From Candidatus Multivoradales bacterium (GTDB taxonomy: Bacteria; Acidobacteriota; Thermoanaerobaculia; Multivoradales; JAHEKO01): 64,000 nt of DNA. The first letter of the stretch is position 1, and every line of letters starts with the position of its first letter. Below are positions 39,603 through 48,322 of this stretch, in pieces. The notes below the pieces were generated by a model. It saw nothing but the letters and a program-made list of their open reading frames with translations. It did no database searches and was not told the origin of the DNA. The stretch covers positions 2,528,001 through 2,592,000 of the forward strand of contig CBDFIJ010000004.1 in NCBI GenBank assembly GCA_965248055.1, written 5' to 3'. The translations under genes were made by a program, and so were the position numbers.

Positions 39603-40534
39603 TGGAGAACGACCTGCGGGTCGAAACACCGCCACGATCGGCTCCCCTAAACGGAAGTCGGTTTGCGGTTTGGGCCTTGGTTTGTTGGCTGGCGATCACC
39701 GTCGCTCTCTGGAGTTTGGCCTTCGCTCCTTTTCCCCGGCCCCCCGAATGGCTGGCCGCAGCGCGGCAGGTTTGCTTTGGCACTCTCGCCAATGGGCTTC
39801 CCGACAGTTGGGGTTGGATCACCTTGATCGCTGGTCCTCTGGGTGTGCTGGGTTTCTTGCTGGCGGTGTGGGGTCGAGAGCTAATGCGAGGCCTTGGTGA
39901 CCTGTCGAGGTCGGCAGTTGGGAAAGTGGCGATCATCGCGATGATCGCGATGCCATTGTTCGGCACCATCTGGGTGGGACAACGAGTAGCCGCGGTGCGC
40001 CAGCTCACCTTTGCTCTTGATCAACCAGGACTGCCAACCGACTTTCCCGAAGCCTACCCACGCACCGATCGCGCGGCTCCTAAACTTGGCCTAGTCGATC
40101 AGCAGGGTCGAGTGGTGGAGGTCACAGACCTTATCGGAAGGCCGACGATCGTGACTTTCGCCTATGCCCACTGCGCCACCGTTTGTCCGCGCATCGTCTA
40201 CACCGCTAAACAGGCGATTGAGCAGGCTCCAGGGCTCGATGCTCAACTGGTGGTGGTCAGTCTTGACCCGTGGCGCGACACCCCCAGTTCGCTTCCTGGG
40301 CTGGTCGAGTCCTGGCGGTTGCAGGATCTTCCGGTTCATTTACTTTCCGGCGAAGTGGAGCAGGTTCTGCAAGTCTTGAACGGCTGGAATATGCCGATTG
40401 AGCGGGACCAATCGACCGGTGAAATCACCCATCCAGGACTGGTCTACATCTTGGACTCGAGCGGACAGATCGCCTATACCTTGAATGCCCCCAGCGGCAC
40501 TTGGCTGCAGCAGGCGTTGGAGCGCACAGGGTAA
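39602..40534 (+). CDS. SCO/SenC copper chaperone with N-terminal membrane domain
   Basis: FAYAHCATVCP (CxxxC), VSLDPWRDTP, ITHPG. Three N-terminal TM segments. TAATG coupling to subunit I. Confidence 0.88.
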   Translation: MENDLRVETPPRSAPLNGSRFAVWALVCWLAITVALWSLAFAPFPRPPEWLAAARQVCFGTLANGLPDSWGWITLIAGPLGVLGFLLAVWGRELMRGLGDLSRSAVGKVAIIAMIAMPLFGTIWVGQRVAAVRQLTFALDQPGLPTDFPEAYPRTDRAAPKLGLVDQQGRVVEVTDLIGRPTIVTFAYAHCATVCPRIVYTAKQAIEQAPGLDAQLVVVSLDPWRDTPSSLPGLVESWRLQDLPVHLLSGEVEQVLQVLNGWNMPIERDQSTGEITHPGLVYILDSSGQIAYTLNAPSGTWLQQALERTG

Positions 40535-40613
40535 TTTCTGGCGCGAGCCGGGCATATCTGGCTGCGGTTTTTCCACCGAAAAAGGTCTTGTCGGCAGGAG
40601 TTGTTTTTACTAA

Positions 40614-40635
40614 AATGCGATAAGCGCATGGGATT
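40614..40635. promoter_or_regulatory. candidate Rrf2-family operator (copy 2, upstream of nirS)
   Basis: AATGCGAT-aagcgc-ATGGGATT. Over 40611-40635 it is 20/25 identical to the reverse complement of 48296-48320. Confidence 0.6.
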
Positions 40636-40673
40636 TCGCGCAAACGCTGGCCACGGGCCGACAGAAGGAGATC

Positions 40674-42602
40674 ATGATGTACCTAGGGAGTACCAACTAT
40701 CGAGCTGCGGTCGCTGGATTGATCGCGATCACAGCGGTTGGTCTGGCTTGTTCCAAGGCCGGAGGAAGCATGTCCGCCGACGCCAAAGCCGGGCAGGAAG
40801 TTTTTGAACGTAACTGTGTCACTTGCCATACCGTGGGGCAGGGCAAGGGCATTGGACCGGACCTCGCGGGAATTGGCGAACGCCGCGATCGTGATTGGTT
40901 GGTGAAGTGGATTGATGACCCGATCGGTATGTCCAAGACCGACCCTCTGGGTCAGCAGTTGCTGACGGAGTGGAACAACATTCCGATGTCCGATTCCAAC
41001 CTCAACGCGCAGCAGATCGATCAGGTGTTGGCGTACATTGACCATGCCGGAAGTGCGGGTGCCACTGAGGTGGCGGATGACACCCCGGTCGAGTTAGACG
41101 AAGAGAAATTTGAACAGGCCAAAGGTATCTACTTTGACCGTTGCGCTGGCTGTCATGGCACGCTGCGCGCCGGAGCTACCGGACCCAATATTCAACCAGC
41201 TCGGACGCAAGAGCTCGGCACCTCGACCATCAAGGCGATTCTCAACAACGGGCTTCCCGGCGGCATGCCACCATGGGGCCGGATGGGAATTTTGAGCCAA
41301 GAAGACATTGGTTTGATGGCGGCCTATATTCAGCAAGAGCCACCGACCCCACCGGGCCTAGACCTGGATGAAATTCGCGAGACTTGGGAGGTCAAGATCC
41401 CGATCGCCGATCGACCCACCGAGCCGCAGACGGAGTACAACTGGGAAGATTTTTTCGGCGTCATTCTGCGCGATGCAGGTCAGGTGGCGATCCTTGACGG
41501 CGACAGCAAGGAATTGATCGAGATCGTCGATACCGGCTTTGCAGTACACATCTTGCGCTCCTCGTCTTCAGGACGCTACTTCTACGCCATTGGCCGCGAT
41601 GGCAGAGTAACCCTGATCGATTTGTGGACCGAGAAACCGACCTTGGTGGCCCAGGTGCAAGGCTGCTATGACGCTCGCAGCGTCGAGGGCAGTAAGTATC
41701 AGGGTTATGAAGACAAGCTGATTATCGAGGGATGTTACTGGCCGCCGCAGTACGTCATCTTTGATGGTTTGACCCTCGAGCCGTTGCAGGTTACGAGCGT
41801 CCTCACTCCGACCTACGACACCAACGAGAAGTTGGAAGAAGTCCGGGTGGCCTCGATCGTCGCCTCTCACTACGATCCGTTGTGGGTGGTCAGTCTCAAG
41901 GAGTCTGGTCATGTGGCGCTGGTGGATTACTCCCAGCCCGACTTCCCGATGGTGAGCAAGATCGCCGCTGAGCGGTTCTTGCACGATGGTGGTTGGGACA
42001 ACGACAAGCGTTACTTCATGGTCGCGGCCAATATGCGTAACCAAATCGCGGTTGTTGACGTCAAAGAAAAGAAGTTGGTCACCAAATTTGAGACCGGCAT
42101 TAAGCCTCATCCTGGCCGTGGCGCCAATTGGTTGGATCCAGAGTACGGCTGGGTTAACGCCACCACCCATTTGGGTGAAGGCAAATTGGCGGTCTACGGA
42201 GCGGATCCTGAGGGCAGTCCGGAACACGCTTGGAAGGTGGTACGGGAAATCGAACTACCTTCTTCGGGAAGCTTGTTCTTGAAGACCCATCCTTATTCCA
42301 ACTGGGTATGGATGGATTTTTCCCTCAGTGCTGACGAAAACCTGACCCGTCAAGTGTGTGTCTACTCCAAGCAAGAGGCCAAGGTGCACAAGTGCTGGCA
42401 GCCCACTGACTACGGTCGCACTGTCCACTTCGAGTACAACCAAGCCGGTGACGAGGTGTGGATCTCAGGTTGGGACCCTGAGGGTCAACTGGTGGTCTAC
42501 GACGACAAGAGCCTGGAAGAGATCGCCCGGATTCAGGGTGATTGGCTCAAGACGCCAACCGGCAAGTTCAACGTTTACAACACCGCGCACGACGTCTACT
42601 AG
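40674..42602 (+). CDS. nirS: cytochrome cd1 nitrite reductase with an extra N-terminal cytochrome c domain (lipoprotein)
   Basis: IYFDRCAGCHGTLRAGATG, ILRDAGQV, GFAVHILR, FLHDGGWD, PHPGRGAN, LFLKTHP, TPTGKFNVYNT motifs. Extra CVTCH and a GLAC lipobox. Confidence 0.93.
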   Translation: MMYLGSTNYRAAVAGLIAITAVGLACSKAGGSMSADAKAGQEVFERNCVTCHTVGQGKGIGPDLAGIGERRDRDWLVKWIDDPIGMSKTDPLGQQLLTEWNNIPMSDSNLNAQQIDQVLAYIDHAGSAGATEVADDTPVELDEEKFEQAKGIYFDRCAGCHGTLRAGATGPNIQPARTQELGTSTIKAILNNGLPGGMPPWGRMGILSQEDIGLMAAYIQQEPPTPPGLDLDEIRETWEVKIPIADRPTEPQTEYNWEDFFGVILRDAGQVAILDGDSKELIEIVDTGFAVHILRSSSSGRYFYAIGRDGRVTLIDLWTEKPTLVAQVQGCYDARSVEGSKYQGYEDKLIIEGCYWPPQYVIFDGLTLEPLQVTSVLTPTYDTNEKLEEVRVASIVASHYDPLWVVSLKESGHVALVDYSQPDFPMVSKIAAERFLHDGGWDNDKRYFMVAANMRNQIAVVDVKEKKLVTKFETGIKPHPGRGANWLDPEYGWVNATTHLGEGKLAVYGADPEGSPEHAWKVVREIELPSSGSLFLKTHPYSNWVWMDFSLSADENLTRQVCVYSKQEAKVHKCWQPTDYGRTVHFEYNQAGDEVWISGWDPEGQLVVYDDKSLEEIARIQGDWLKTPTGKFNVYNTAHDVY

Positions 42603-42628
42603 TCGAGCGAAGTTGTCTTTCGTCCTTT

Positions 42629-42660
42629 GGGCGGGTGCTTTGCACCCGCCCTCCTTTTTT
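42629..42660 (+). terminator. intrinsic terminator after nirS
   Basis: GGGCGGGTGC-ttt-GCACCCGCCC followed by tccTTTTTT. Confidence 0.85.
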
Positions 42661-42681
42661 GTGGATCTCTACCGCGGAGTA

Positions 42682-43161
42682 GTGGAGTTGAAGTTGCCAA
42701 AGAGAAGGCTCTTTGGTGCTTGTGCCCTTGTTGGCTTGTTAGGCGGTTGCTCGGGTTCACCGCCGGCCGATGGGTCCATCAACGGTAGCTACCAACATCG
42801 TCATCAAGTGTTTGTCTTCCACGGCAGTGAACCCACCGAGGTTGAGGTGATTGACCGTTTGACTCTGTCGCGGGAGGGCAACGAGTTGACCATGGATCTG
42901 ACCCTGTACACCATGTCAGGAGAGACCTGCAGTGCTCAGGGTCGAGTCAAGTGGGCCGGTCCTGGTTATCGCTTGGAACGGAATGACAAGCGGGCAGAGA
43001 CAGGAGATTGTGACCTCCGGTTGGTTCCAAAACCCGGCACGCTCGTTTTGCGCTCTGCTGGATCACACTGCGGAGAGATTTTGTGTGGGGGTGCGGTGAA
43101 CCTCAATCCAGGCGAGCAGCCACTCACGTTCGTTCGCCAACCGAGGCAGGGACCATCCTAG
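42682..43161 (+). CDS. hypothetical lipoprotein
   Basis: GTG/TTG start after the terminator. Lipobox LLGGC and four further Cys. Confidence 0.6.
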   Translation: MELKLPKRRLFGACALVGLLGGCSGSPPADGSINGSYQHRHQVFVFHGSEPTEVEVIDRLTLSREGNELTMDLTLYTMSGETCSAQGRVKWAGPGYRLERNDKRAETGDCDLRLVPKPGTLVLRSAGSHCGEILCGGAVNLNPGEQPLTFVRQPRQGPS

Positions 43162-43706
43162 TCGGCAGGCTGGTAGACCTTGAGTTCGCCGTCCTCCTGG
43201 TCGAGTAGAACCAAGGTGATGCGGTCCTTAGCCAGGGTTACTTCACGGTCGAGAAAATAGCGAGGAATGCGGGCGAACGCGCTTTGTGCTGTTTGTGCCA
43301 TCCCCGGAGGTTCGATGGGTGTCATCGAAACCTCCAGGCGCTTGACCCCTGGGTCGATAGTAACCTCTTGATCGACAATCAAAGGTCGATCTCCGCGTAC
43401 CCCGCCGGGGTCTGCTTGCACCGTGATCACTTCATAACCGTCGAGTGTTGCGCGGACTTGATAGGTGGGCGAGATTCCTTCACAGACAGTCGGTTGTCGC
43501 ATGTGAAACGGCAGGGCTTCTAGTTCCTCCGGGCTGCGGTCCCGGCACACTTCTAGACGCGTGTTGACGGTGCGCAAAGACAGTCTCAGAGTTGCCTCAC
43601 CAATCGAACGGCCAAAGGGAATCTGGCCGGCGAGCACCACCGCTGCGAGCAAAGACGCGGTGACCAAGACGCGAGCTGCTGTCGAAAGCCAACTAGAGCT
43701 CGACAT
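43158..43706 (-). CDS. membrane-anchored hypothetical protein coupled to the cytochrome b fusion
   Basis: ATG at 43706 overlaps the upstream gene end. One N-terminal TM and the motif C-x6-ELEALPFHMRQPTVC. Confidence 0.7.
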   Translation of the reverse strand: MSSSSWLSTAARVLVTASLLAAVVLAGQIPFGRSIGEATLRLSLRTVNTRLEVCRDRSPEELEALPFHMRQPTVCEGISPTYQVRATLDGYEVITVQADPGGVRGDRPLIVDQEVTIDPGVKRLEVSMTPIEPPGMAQTAQSAFARIPRYFLDREVTLAKDRITLVLLDQEDGELKVYQPAD

Positions 43707-45333
43707 ATTGCACCTTGCAGTCACGCTCGACGCTGATCTCTCTTTCAATCACCACCGGTTCGAGCTCTTCGAGTTGGGCGCGAAACGCCGCTACTGCTCG
43801 CCGTGCTTGCGCGCCTTCACCCGGAGCGAAGGCCGCCACCTTGACCCTGCGCTTGTCGACCCGAGTACGCAGTTCGGCTTCACGGTCGCGGTACACTCTT
43901 TCGTTCAACCAGCGGGGCCCCTCCCGGTATAGGCAGTCGCGTTCGGGACAGGTCAAAAGCATCACGCCACCGGCTCCGGAGCGCAAAAGATATTCAATCG
44001 CCGAAGTGTGAACCGAGCCTGAGCAGCCACTGGTGAGGGGTAGAAAGTCAGAACCCGGAGGCGGCTGCCAGCGATCGCCCAGGCCATGGCCACAGGGAAT
44101 TACGATCACTTGATCCGCAGACGGTTGGTGGCGGTTGAGAAAATCTTTGACCGCTTGGAGCTGATCGCGCCCAGATCGACCGGCAGGACCAACCACCATC
44201 GGAGCGCAGGACCCCGAGCAGATGGCGCAGCCGGTACAAGCATCTGGGTTGACGCGGGCAACCAGTTCCGAGTGTGATGACGGAACCGGACTGGCGACCA
44301 TCGAGATCGCGTCGTAAGGACAATCAAGGTAACACTGGGCGCACCCGGTGCAGTGCTCTTCGTCGACTACCGAGGTTTCAATGGTGTGAGTCTTGGGGCG
44401 CCACCACCAGGGCACCGAGAACAAGACCACTGCGACACCCACCCAGGTGAGCAGGTGTACTAAAGGCGTCACCGAACGCGCCAGCGGCAACCAAAAGGCG
44501 TAGAACAGATCTAACGGCACGTTCACGGGCACCGCCAGCACGTCTGCCGCTGGGGGTAGGGGTACCGGAACGACAATCGCCAGAATTCCAACCGCCGCGA
44601 TAGCTCCATAGTGCAGGCCTCGCGGTGGTAAAAATTGAGCCCTAGCGACTTGGGAGATGTGAAGCCAGTAGAGAACTGCGATCCCCAGGGGCAGCGCCAC
44701 ATGGAGAAACAGGTTCATGAAGAAAAACGACCTGCCGATGGTTTCAGGCTGGGTGAAGGAACGGGTAATCGGCTCGGAGAAGATCGGTAGCAGGTCGGCG
44801 AGGCGTGCACCTTCCAGCGCCACCAACTGTCCTTGAACATCCCAGGCCATCACCAAGCCGGTCCAGCCGCACATCAACAGCACCGCCATCGAAATTAAGC
44901 CGCTGATCCAAGCCATTGCCCGAGGCCCCCAAGATCGCCCTGAGAGAAACATGCGAATTGCGTGAATCGCCACCGCAACCACCACCAAGTCAGCGGCGTA
45001 GCGATGTATCGAGCGAATCCAGCCTCCGTGCCAAGTGGCGTCCAGTCGTGAGACCGATCCGTAGGGGTCGGAGACTTTGTACAGCAGGAATAAGTAGACA
45101 CCGGTTACCAACGTGACTAACAAGAAGGTCATCGCCAGCGGCCCGGTCTTGTAGAGGGGGTTCCAATTAGCGGTGAACACCCGATTGAACCAAGAGTCGA
45201 TTGCTAGCAGCGCTCGATATGGAGCGCCTGCTCCGCTTGGAAGCGGCACTCTTTGCACGGCACCTGGAGTCGCCGTGATCCGCTCTCTGGGGAGACTGTT
45301 TTGACCTCGATGTTGGGGATCCGTTTCACTCAT
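43693..45333 (-). CDS. cytochrome b + 2x[4Fe-4S] ferredoxin + MvhD/FlpD-like [2Fe-2S] fusion protein
   Basis: GWIRSIHRY..IHAIRM and FLHV..LHI (four heme b His). CTGCAQCYLDCP and CTGCAICSGSC. C...GCSGSV...GVMLLTCPERDCLYREG. Confidence 0.85.
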   Translation of the reverse strand: MSETDPQHRGQNSLPRERITATPGAVQRVPLPSGAGAPYRALLAIDSWFNRVFTANWNPLYKTGPLAMTFLLVTLVTGVYLFLLYKVSDPYGSVSRLDATWHGGWIRSIHRYAADLVVVAVAIHAIRMFLSGRSWGPRAMAWISGLISMAVLLMCGWTGLVMAWDVQGQLVALEGARLADLLPIFSEPITRSFTQPETIGRSFFFMNLFLHVALPLGIAVLYWLHISQVARAQFLPPRGLHYGAIAAVGILAIVVPVPLPPAADVLAVPVNVPLDLFYAFWLPLARSVTPLVHLLTWVGVAVVLFSVPWWWRPKTHTIETSVVDEEHCTGCAQCYLDCPYDAISMVASPVPSSHSELVARVNPDACTGCAICSGSCAPMVVGPAGRSGRDQLQAVKDFLNRHQPSADQVIVIPCGHGLGDRWQPPPGSDFLPLTSGCSGSVHTSAIEYLLRSGAGGVMLLTCPERDCLYREGPRWLNERVYRDREAELRTRVDKRRVKVAAFAPGEGAQARRAVAAFRAQLEELEPVVIEREISVERDCKVQYVEL

Positions 45334-45432
45334 CAGTAAATTTCAATGGATTGGGAAGATCTTAGCGTTAGCGCTGAACACGCCTCGGGGATTGTGTTGA
45401 CATATTGGATAGCTAGATACATCATAGGTAGC

Positions 45433-45957
45433 ATGATTGATGAAAAAGACCTTGAAATTTTGACAATGTTGCAATCTGGGGAGCGAGTTTCCAACTCCGA
45501 AATAGCGCGTGGCGTCGCCATGACGCCCTCTGGAGTCCTGGAGCGCATTCGCCGCTTGCGGCAACGGGGTGTCCTGCAGGGCTTTTATGCCGCGATTGAC
45601 GCCGAAAAAGTTGGTTTCGGGTTGCTCGCCTTTGTCTTTGTCAGAACTCAAGAGCGTGCCGGCGAAAAGAGGGTTGGCGAGGCCCTGGCTGCGTTGCGCG
45701 AAGTGCTGGAGGTTCATCATGTTGCTGGCGAGGACTGCTACTTGGTCAAGGTTCGAGCATCCAGCCCACGAGCTTTGGGGGCGATCTTACGCGAGCGCAT
45801 CGGGGCAATGCCCGAGGTCACTTCGACTCGCTCGACGGTGGTGTTGGAAAGCCACAAAGAGACTCTCCAGCTTCCGTTGGCTACGGTCGGGGCTGCAGTT
45901 GGGGCTGCAGTTGGGGCCGGGGATGCGGCTGAGAACAGATCTGAGGTTGAGCTATGA
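45433..45957 (+). CDS. Lrp/AsnC-family transcriptional regulator
   Basis: IDEKDLEILTMLQ, ERIRRL..RGVLQGF, HHVAGEDCYLVKV. TTGACA at 45397 upstream. Confidence 0.92.
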   Translation: MIDEKDLEILTMLQSGERVSNSEIARGVAMTPSGVLERIRRLRQRGVLQGFYAAIDAEKVGFGLLAFVFVRTQERAGEKRVGEALAALREVLEVHHVAGEDCYLVKVRASSPRALGAILRERIGAMPEVTSTRSTVVLESHKETLQLPLATVGAAVGAAVGAGDAAENRSEVEL

Positions 45958-46928
45958 CCGCTCTGCTGGCCGAGTTGGGCGCCAAGCGGGTAGCTGCGTT
46001 GCTCTCGATCTATCTGATCTGGGGTTCGACCTATTTGGCGATTCGCGTGGTGATCGAGACCATGCCGCCATTCTTGACCTCGTCGATACGCTTCATGATT
46101 GCCGGCTTGCTGTTTTATGCCTGGGCGCGGCTGCGCGGTGCTGATCGGCCGAAGGCCATCCATTGGCGTTCTGCCTCGGTGGTTGGAGCCCTGCTGTTTC
46201 TTGGCGGCAATGGCGCTGTGGTTTGGGCGGAACAATGGCTCGCTTCTGGCATGGTGGCGATGTTGATCGCTACTGAACCGCTGGCGATCGCACTGTTGCT
46301 CGCCTTCTGGCCTGGCGAAACCCATCGCCCTGGCTGGAAGACATTTGCCGCATTGGGGGTTGGCTTTGGCGGTGCGATTCTCCTGGCCCTGAGCGGGGGT
46401 GTGGTGTCGGATAGTCCAGCACCGTGGTTTGCGCCTTGGGTTGTCTTGCTGGGCACCGCGAGTTGGGCGACCGGATCTCTCTACAGCCGCGACGCGCCAG
46501 CGGCCAAGAGTCCGGTGATGACCACCGGCATGCAGATGTTTACCGGCGGGGTGTTCTTGGGTGTCATGGCGCTGGTGCGAAACGAACCCGCAGCCGTCGA
46601 CCCCAGTGGTTTTTCCACCGCGTCGATTGTGGCGTTTTTCTACTTGATGATCTTTGGTTCGATGATCGCTTTTGGCGCCTACTCGTGGTTGCTGCGCACC
46701 ACCGATCCGACCTTGATCTCGACCTACGCATACGTCAACCCGATGATCGCAGTATTCCTGGGATGGCTGTTGATGAGTGAGCCGATTGGCGGCAAGACGA
46801 TTGTTGCCTCGGCGTTGATTGTCAGTGCGGTGATCGTGGTCTTGCGCCGCAGACCCGAGCCGACTACGGACCGTCCGGCACCTCCGATTCCTGAGGCCTG
46901 CCTCGGTGAGTTGAAGGACACCGGATAG
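45954..46928 (+). CDS. EamA/DMT-family transporter (YedA-like)
   Basis: YLIWGSTYLAIR, GGNGAV, FGSMIAF, YAYVNP motifs. About 10 TM segments. Confidence 0.9.
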   Translation: MTALLAELGAKRVAALLSIYLIWGSTYLAIRVVIETMPPFLTSSIRFMIAGLLFYAWARLRGADRPKAIHWRSASVVGALLFLGGNGAVVWAEQWLASGMVAMLIATEPLAIALLLAFWPGETHRPGWKTFAALGVGFGGAILLALSGGVVSDSPAPWFAPWVVLLGTASWATGSLYSRDAPAAKSPVMTTGMQMFTGGVFLGVMALVRNEPAAVDPSGFSTASIVAFFYLMIFGSMIAFGAYSWLLRTTDPTLISTYAYVNPMIAVFLGWLLMSEPIGGKTIVASALIVSAVIVVLRRRPEPTTDRPAPPIPEACLGELKDTG

Positions 46929-46996
46929 TCGCGAGCCGACCCGTTTTTGGGGCCAGGCTGAGATCAACGGTGGCAAACCCTAGAGCCGCTTACACC

Positions 46997-48220
46997 TTAG
47001 AACGAGATTTGCGTCCACAACCACCACTTGGTGGTATCTGTGGAGTGTGCTTCCGCTTCATAACTGGCGGTCTTTAGAGCGAAAGTTTGGCCCCATTGAG
47101 TCTTGTAGCTGACCACTGCGTCCAACTCGCTGCCGTAGGAGGCGCTGCCGTTGTCAGCGCTGAAGTCATGGTAGATGCCGGACCAACCCCAGGGTCCGTG
47201 GGTGCTTGCCACCGAGAGATAGACGTCTTTCAAACCGTTGGCCGGGGTGGCCAAAAATTTGTCGGCCCAACCGTTGAACTTGTGCAGAGTTCCCAGCGGT
47301 GTGCGGAAGGCTCCATCGGGGCCGCCGGACAATACCTCTAGCCCCACTTTGACCGTCACCGGGTTAAGAGCCGCGCCGGCCATCAGGTGCAGATAGTCAG
47401 CACTGATATCGGCCGGATTGTCACCGCTATCCGACTGGTTGGCGTACTCCGCTTCGTACAACCAGGAGCGACTGTCGCCCCAAGGCTGTTTGCCAGCGAA
47501 CTCAGCCCCGAAGGTGGTGGTCGATAAACCGGCTAAGTGGTCGTAGTCGAGCGCCAGCACATAGCCGCGCACAGTTGGGGAAACCGAACTTCCCGGAGTG
47601 CCTAGGGCAAACTTCGCCTCTGCCAGATGGCTTGACATATCGACTGTGGCGCCGACGATGCGATGGGCTTTGCCCAGATATGCGTAGGTAAGTTCTATGT
47701 TGTCGGTTGCCTGGTAGCCCACTCGTAAGGCGTCAAAGGTTTGATGGTGCTGGCGCCAGCCGACCGCGCCAACGAAGCGTTGATCTGCCCACTTGATCTC
47801 TTGGCGACCGAGTTTGGCGTTGAAGTCGTCGTCTGTGTAGCTGAGGGTCGCTTCCTGCACCGAAGTGACGGCCGGGTCGGCGATCACCGGGCGATCGCGC
47901 ACCCCGTTGTCAAGATGACCGGCGCCAGCATTGCGGTAGTCGTCGGAGCCAAGGACCGCGACGTTCTCCGCTGCCAAGCCAAGCGTCCAGCCTTTGTACG
48001 CCTTGGATTTGTATCCTAAGGCGGTGCGCAAGGTACCCGCGGTGGCGTCTTTGGTACTGGCGTCGTCATCCACCGTCTCGATCCGATAGCGAAAGCTCAG
48101 TTGCACCTCACCATCGGTCAACGCCTGCTTCAGCGTCGCCTCCGTTTCTTCTCCGAATAGGGGGATTAGACCAACAAGCGCGCACGCTGCTGCCAGTGTC
48201 ATGGTCCATTTACCGTTCAT
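46997..48220 (-). CDS. alginate-export-family outer-membrane porin
   Basis: Signal peptide, FRYRIETVD, KLGRQEI...QRFVGAVGWRQHHQTFDA, FRTPLGTLHKFNGWADKF, terminal WLWTQISF. Confidence 0.8.
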   Translation of the reverse strand: MNGKWTMTLAAACALVGLIPLFGEETEATLKQALTDGEVQLSFRYRIETVDDDASTKDATAGTLRTALGYKSKAYKGWTLGLAAENVAVLGSDDYRNAGAGHLDNGVRDRPVIADPAVTSVQEATLSYTDDDFNAKLGRQEIKWADQRFVGAVGWRQHHQTFDALRVGYQATDNIELTYAYLGKAHRIVGATVDMSSHLAEAKFALGTPGSSVSPTVRGYVLALDYDHLAGLSTTTFGAEFAGKQPWGDSRSWLYEAEYANQSDSGDNPADISADYLHLMAGAALNPVTVKVGLEVLSGGPDGAFRTPLGTLHKFNGWADKFLATPANGLKDVYLSVASTHGPWGWSGIYHDFSADNGSASYGSELDAVVSYKTQWGQTFALKTASYEAEAHSTDTTKWWLWTQISF

Positions 48221-48295
48221 GATTCCTCCGAATGTCTCTTGGTGTACGGTTAGTTATAGGATCAGCATGCGTGGGAGGTTTTTGTCTTTTTAAGT

Positions 48296-48317
48296 AATCC
48301 CATGCGAGAATAGGATT
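48296..48317. promoter_or_regulatory. candidate Rrf2-family operator (copy 3, between divergent porin and rrf2)
   Basis: Near-perfect palindrome AATCCCAT-gcgaga-ATAGGATT ending 5 nt before the rrf2 ATG. Confidence 0.65.
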
Positions 48318-48322
48318 TTATC

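Noticed and set aside
45886-45918. 12-nt repeat (VGAA x3) in the Lrp tail
   Set aside because: Short slippage in a disordered C-terminus with no evident function.
45433-45957. NirD/L/G/H (Lrp-like siroheme decarboxylase) near nirS
   Set aside because: It has a canonical Lrp RAM motif (HHVAGEDCYLVKV), is single copy and is coupled to an EamA exporter, so it is an ordinary regulator.
45738-46976. 412-aa minus-strand ORF
   Set aside because: Antisense to the well-supported Lrp and EamA genes, with no motifs.
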